From an uncultured Planctomycetaceae bacterium (lineage in GTDB: Bacteria; Planctomycetota; Planctomycetia; Isosphaerales; Isosphaeraceae): DNA of 64,000 bases. The notes beneath the pieces are model-generated. The model was not told the DNA's origin and ran no database searches. It was given only the letters and a program-made list of their open reading frames with translations. The stretch's first letter is position 1; each line of letters starts with the position of its first letter. The position numbers were made by a program, and so were the translations under genes. The DNA lies in contig CAWIAD010000001.1 of the NCBI GenBank assembly GCA_963833985.1, positions 576,001 to 640,000 on the forward strand. The letters run 5' to 3'. Of the stretch, positions 62,914 through 64,000 are shown piece by piece.

Positions 62914-64000
62914 TCAATCCAGCTCGAGCAGGACGACCGACTTCGACGGCAGCACGGCCGTGAAGCCGTTGCCGGTCCGGGTGACCTCGCGGAACGGTCC
63001 GGGTTTGACATTCTCGGGCTCGTCGAACGTGTTGTGCGCCTGCATTTCCTGCGCGGTGAGCACGCGGCCGGTGATTGATTTTGCGCTGCCGCCCTTGAGC
63101 TCGCACTGCACCTCGGCCGGCGCGTTCGGGTTGAGGTTGCAGAGAGTGATGTGAATCTTGCCGGCCCTGTCGCGCGAGGCGGAGGCGGAAACCGCGGGAA
63201 TCTTGCGGTCGCCAAGCTGGTAATCCGCGCAGCTCAGCTCGGCGGGCAGGAGCGTGGCATCCTGGTGCGCGGCGTACATCTCGAACACGTGATACGTGGG
63301 CGTGAGCAACAGTCTCGCATTGTCGGTGAGGATCATCGCCTGGAGCACGTTCACGGTCTGGGCGATGTTGGCCATCCGCACCCGGTCGCAGTGCTGGTTG
63401 AAGATGTTCAGCGTGATGCCGGCGACGAGCGCATCGCGCAGCGTGTTCTGCTGGTAGAGGAAACCCGGGTTCGTACCGGGCTCAACCTGGTGCCACGCGC
63501 CCCATTCGTCAACCATGAGGGCCACCCGCTTCTCGGGATCGTACCGGTCCATGATCCGGGAATGCTGGGTGACGAGATCCTCCATGTGCAGGGCTTTCCG
63601 CAGCAGGGCGAACCAGTCGTCCTCGGCGAAGTGGGTCGACGAGCGGCTCTTTTCCCCGGTGCCGCAGTAGTAATGGAGCGCCAGTCCGGACATCCGCCGG
63701 CCGGCCTCGCGCATCAGCACCTCGGTCCAGTGATAGTCTTCCCGGTTGGGGCCGCAGGCAATCTTGAAGATGCGGTTGTCACCAAAGTTGCGCACGAAGG
63801 TCGCATACCGCCGATACTGGTCGGCGTAGTACTCGGCGGTCATCGATCCGCCGCAGCCCCAGTTCTCGTTGCCCACGCCAAAGTACTTCAGCTTCCAGGG
63901 CTGCTCACGACCGTTCTGCTTGCGCAGGTCGGTCATCGGGCTGACACCGTCTGAGGTCATGTACTCGACCCATTGCTGCATCTCGCGTACGGTGCCGCTG
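62914..64000 (-). CDS. Alpha-L-arabinofuranosidase GH51 (5' part outside window)
   Basis: [43 protein letters not shown]. Confidence 0.93.
   Translation of the reverse strand, partial: SGTVREMQQWVEYMTSDGVSPMTDLRKQNGREQPWKLKYFGVGNENWGCGGSMTAEYYADQYRRYATFVRNFGDNRIFKIACGPNREDYHWTEVLMREAGRRMSGLALHYYCGTGEKSRSSTHFAEDDWFALLRKALHMEDLVTQHSRIMDRYDPEKRVALMVDEWGAWHQVEPGTNPGFLYQQNTLRDALVAGITLNIFNQHCDRVRMANIAQTVNVLQAMILTDNARLLLTPTYHVFEMYAAHQDATLLPAELSCADYQLGDRKIPAVSASASRDRAGKIHITLCNLNPNAPAEVQCELKGGSAKSITGRVLTAQEMQAHNTFDEPENVKPGPFREVTRTGNGFTAVLPSKSVVLLELD

Overview
High-GC window, most likely from a Planctomycete (Isosphaeraceae-like). This is inferred from a LESRxLL secretion motif, a CRTAC1/UnbV protein, an H-X9-DG protein, a Zn-ribbon signal peptidase and mfnB. 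The core is a complete nuoA-N complex I operon (14.5-31.1 kb) with a perfect Rex-type operator upstream. Between nuoE and nuoF the operon is interrupted by a lower-GC cassette: a DUF3990-like (predicted ADP-ribosyltransferase fold) gene plus a small coupled partner. The cassette is preceded by a duplicated leader with a truncated gene stub, a REP-like hairpin and a ~100-bp TA-flanked MITE that has a second copy at 8.8 kb. Other content includes a sigma54-type tandem Hsp20 pair, GH28, GH51, SGNH proteins, a heme-c/copper monooxygenase-like protein, a Ser/Thr kinase-ATPase, two ECF sigma/anti-sigma pairs, a divergent HigB/XRE toxin-antitoxin pair, gap-pgk, a DEDDh exonuclease-WYL fusion, DUF6580-mfnB, ALDH7 and Uma2. 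About a dozen single-base frameshifts, including in nuoE/H/L and gap, look like sequencing or assembly indels rather than real pseudogenes. No rRNA, tRNA or CRISPR array was recognised. All family calls come from motif recognition by eye, not database searches.
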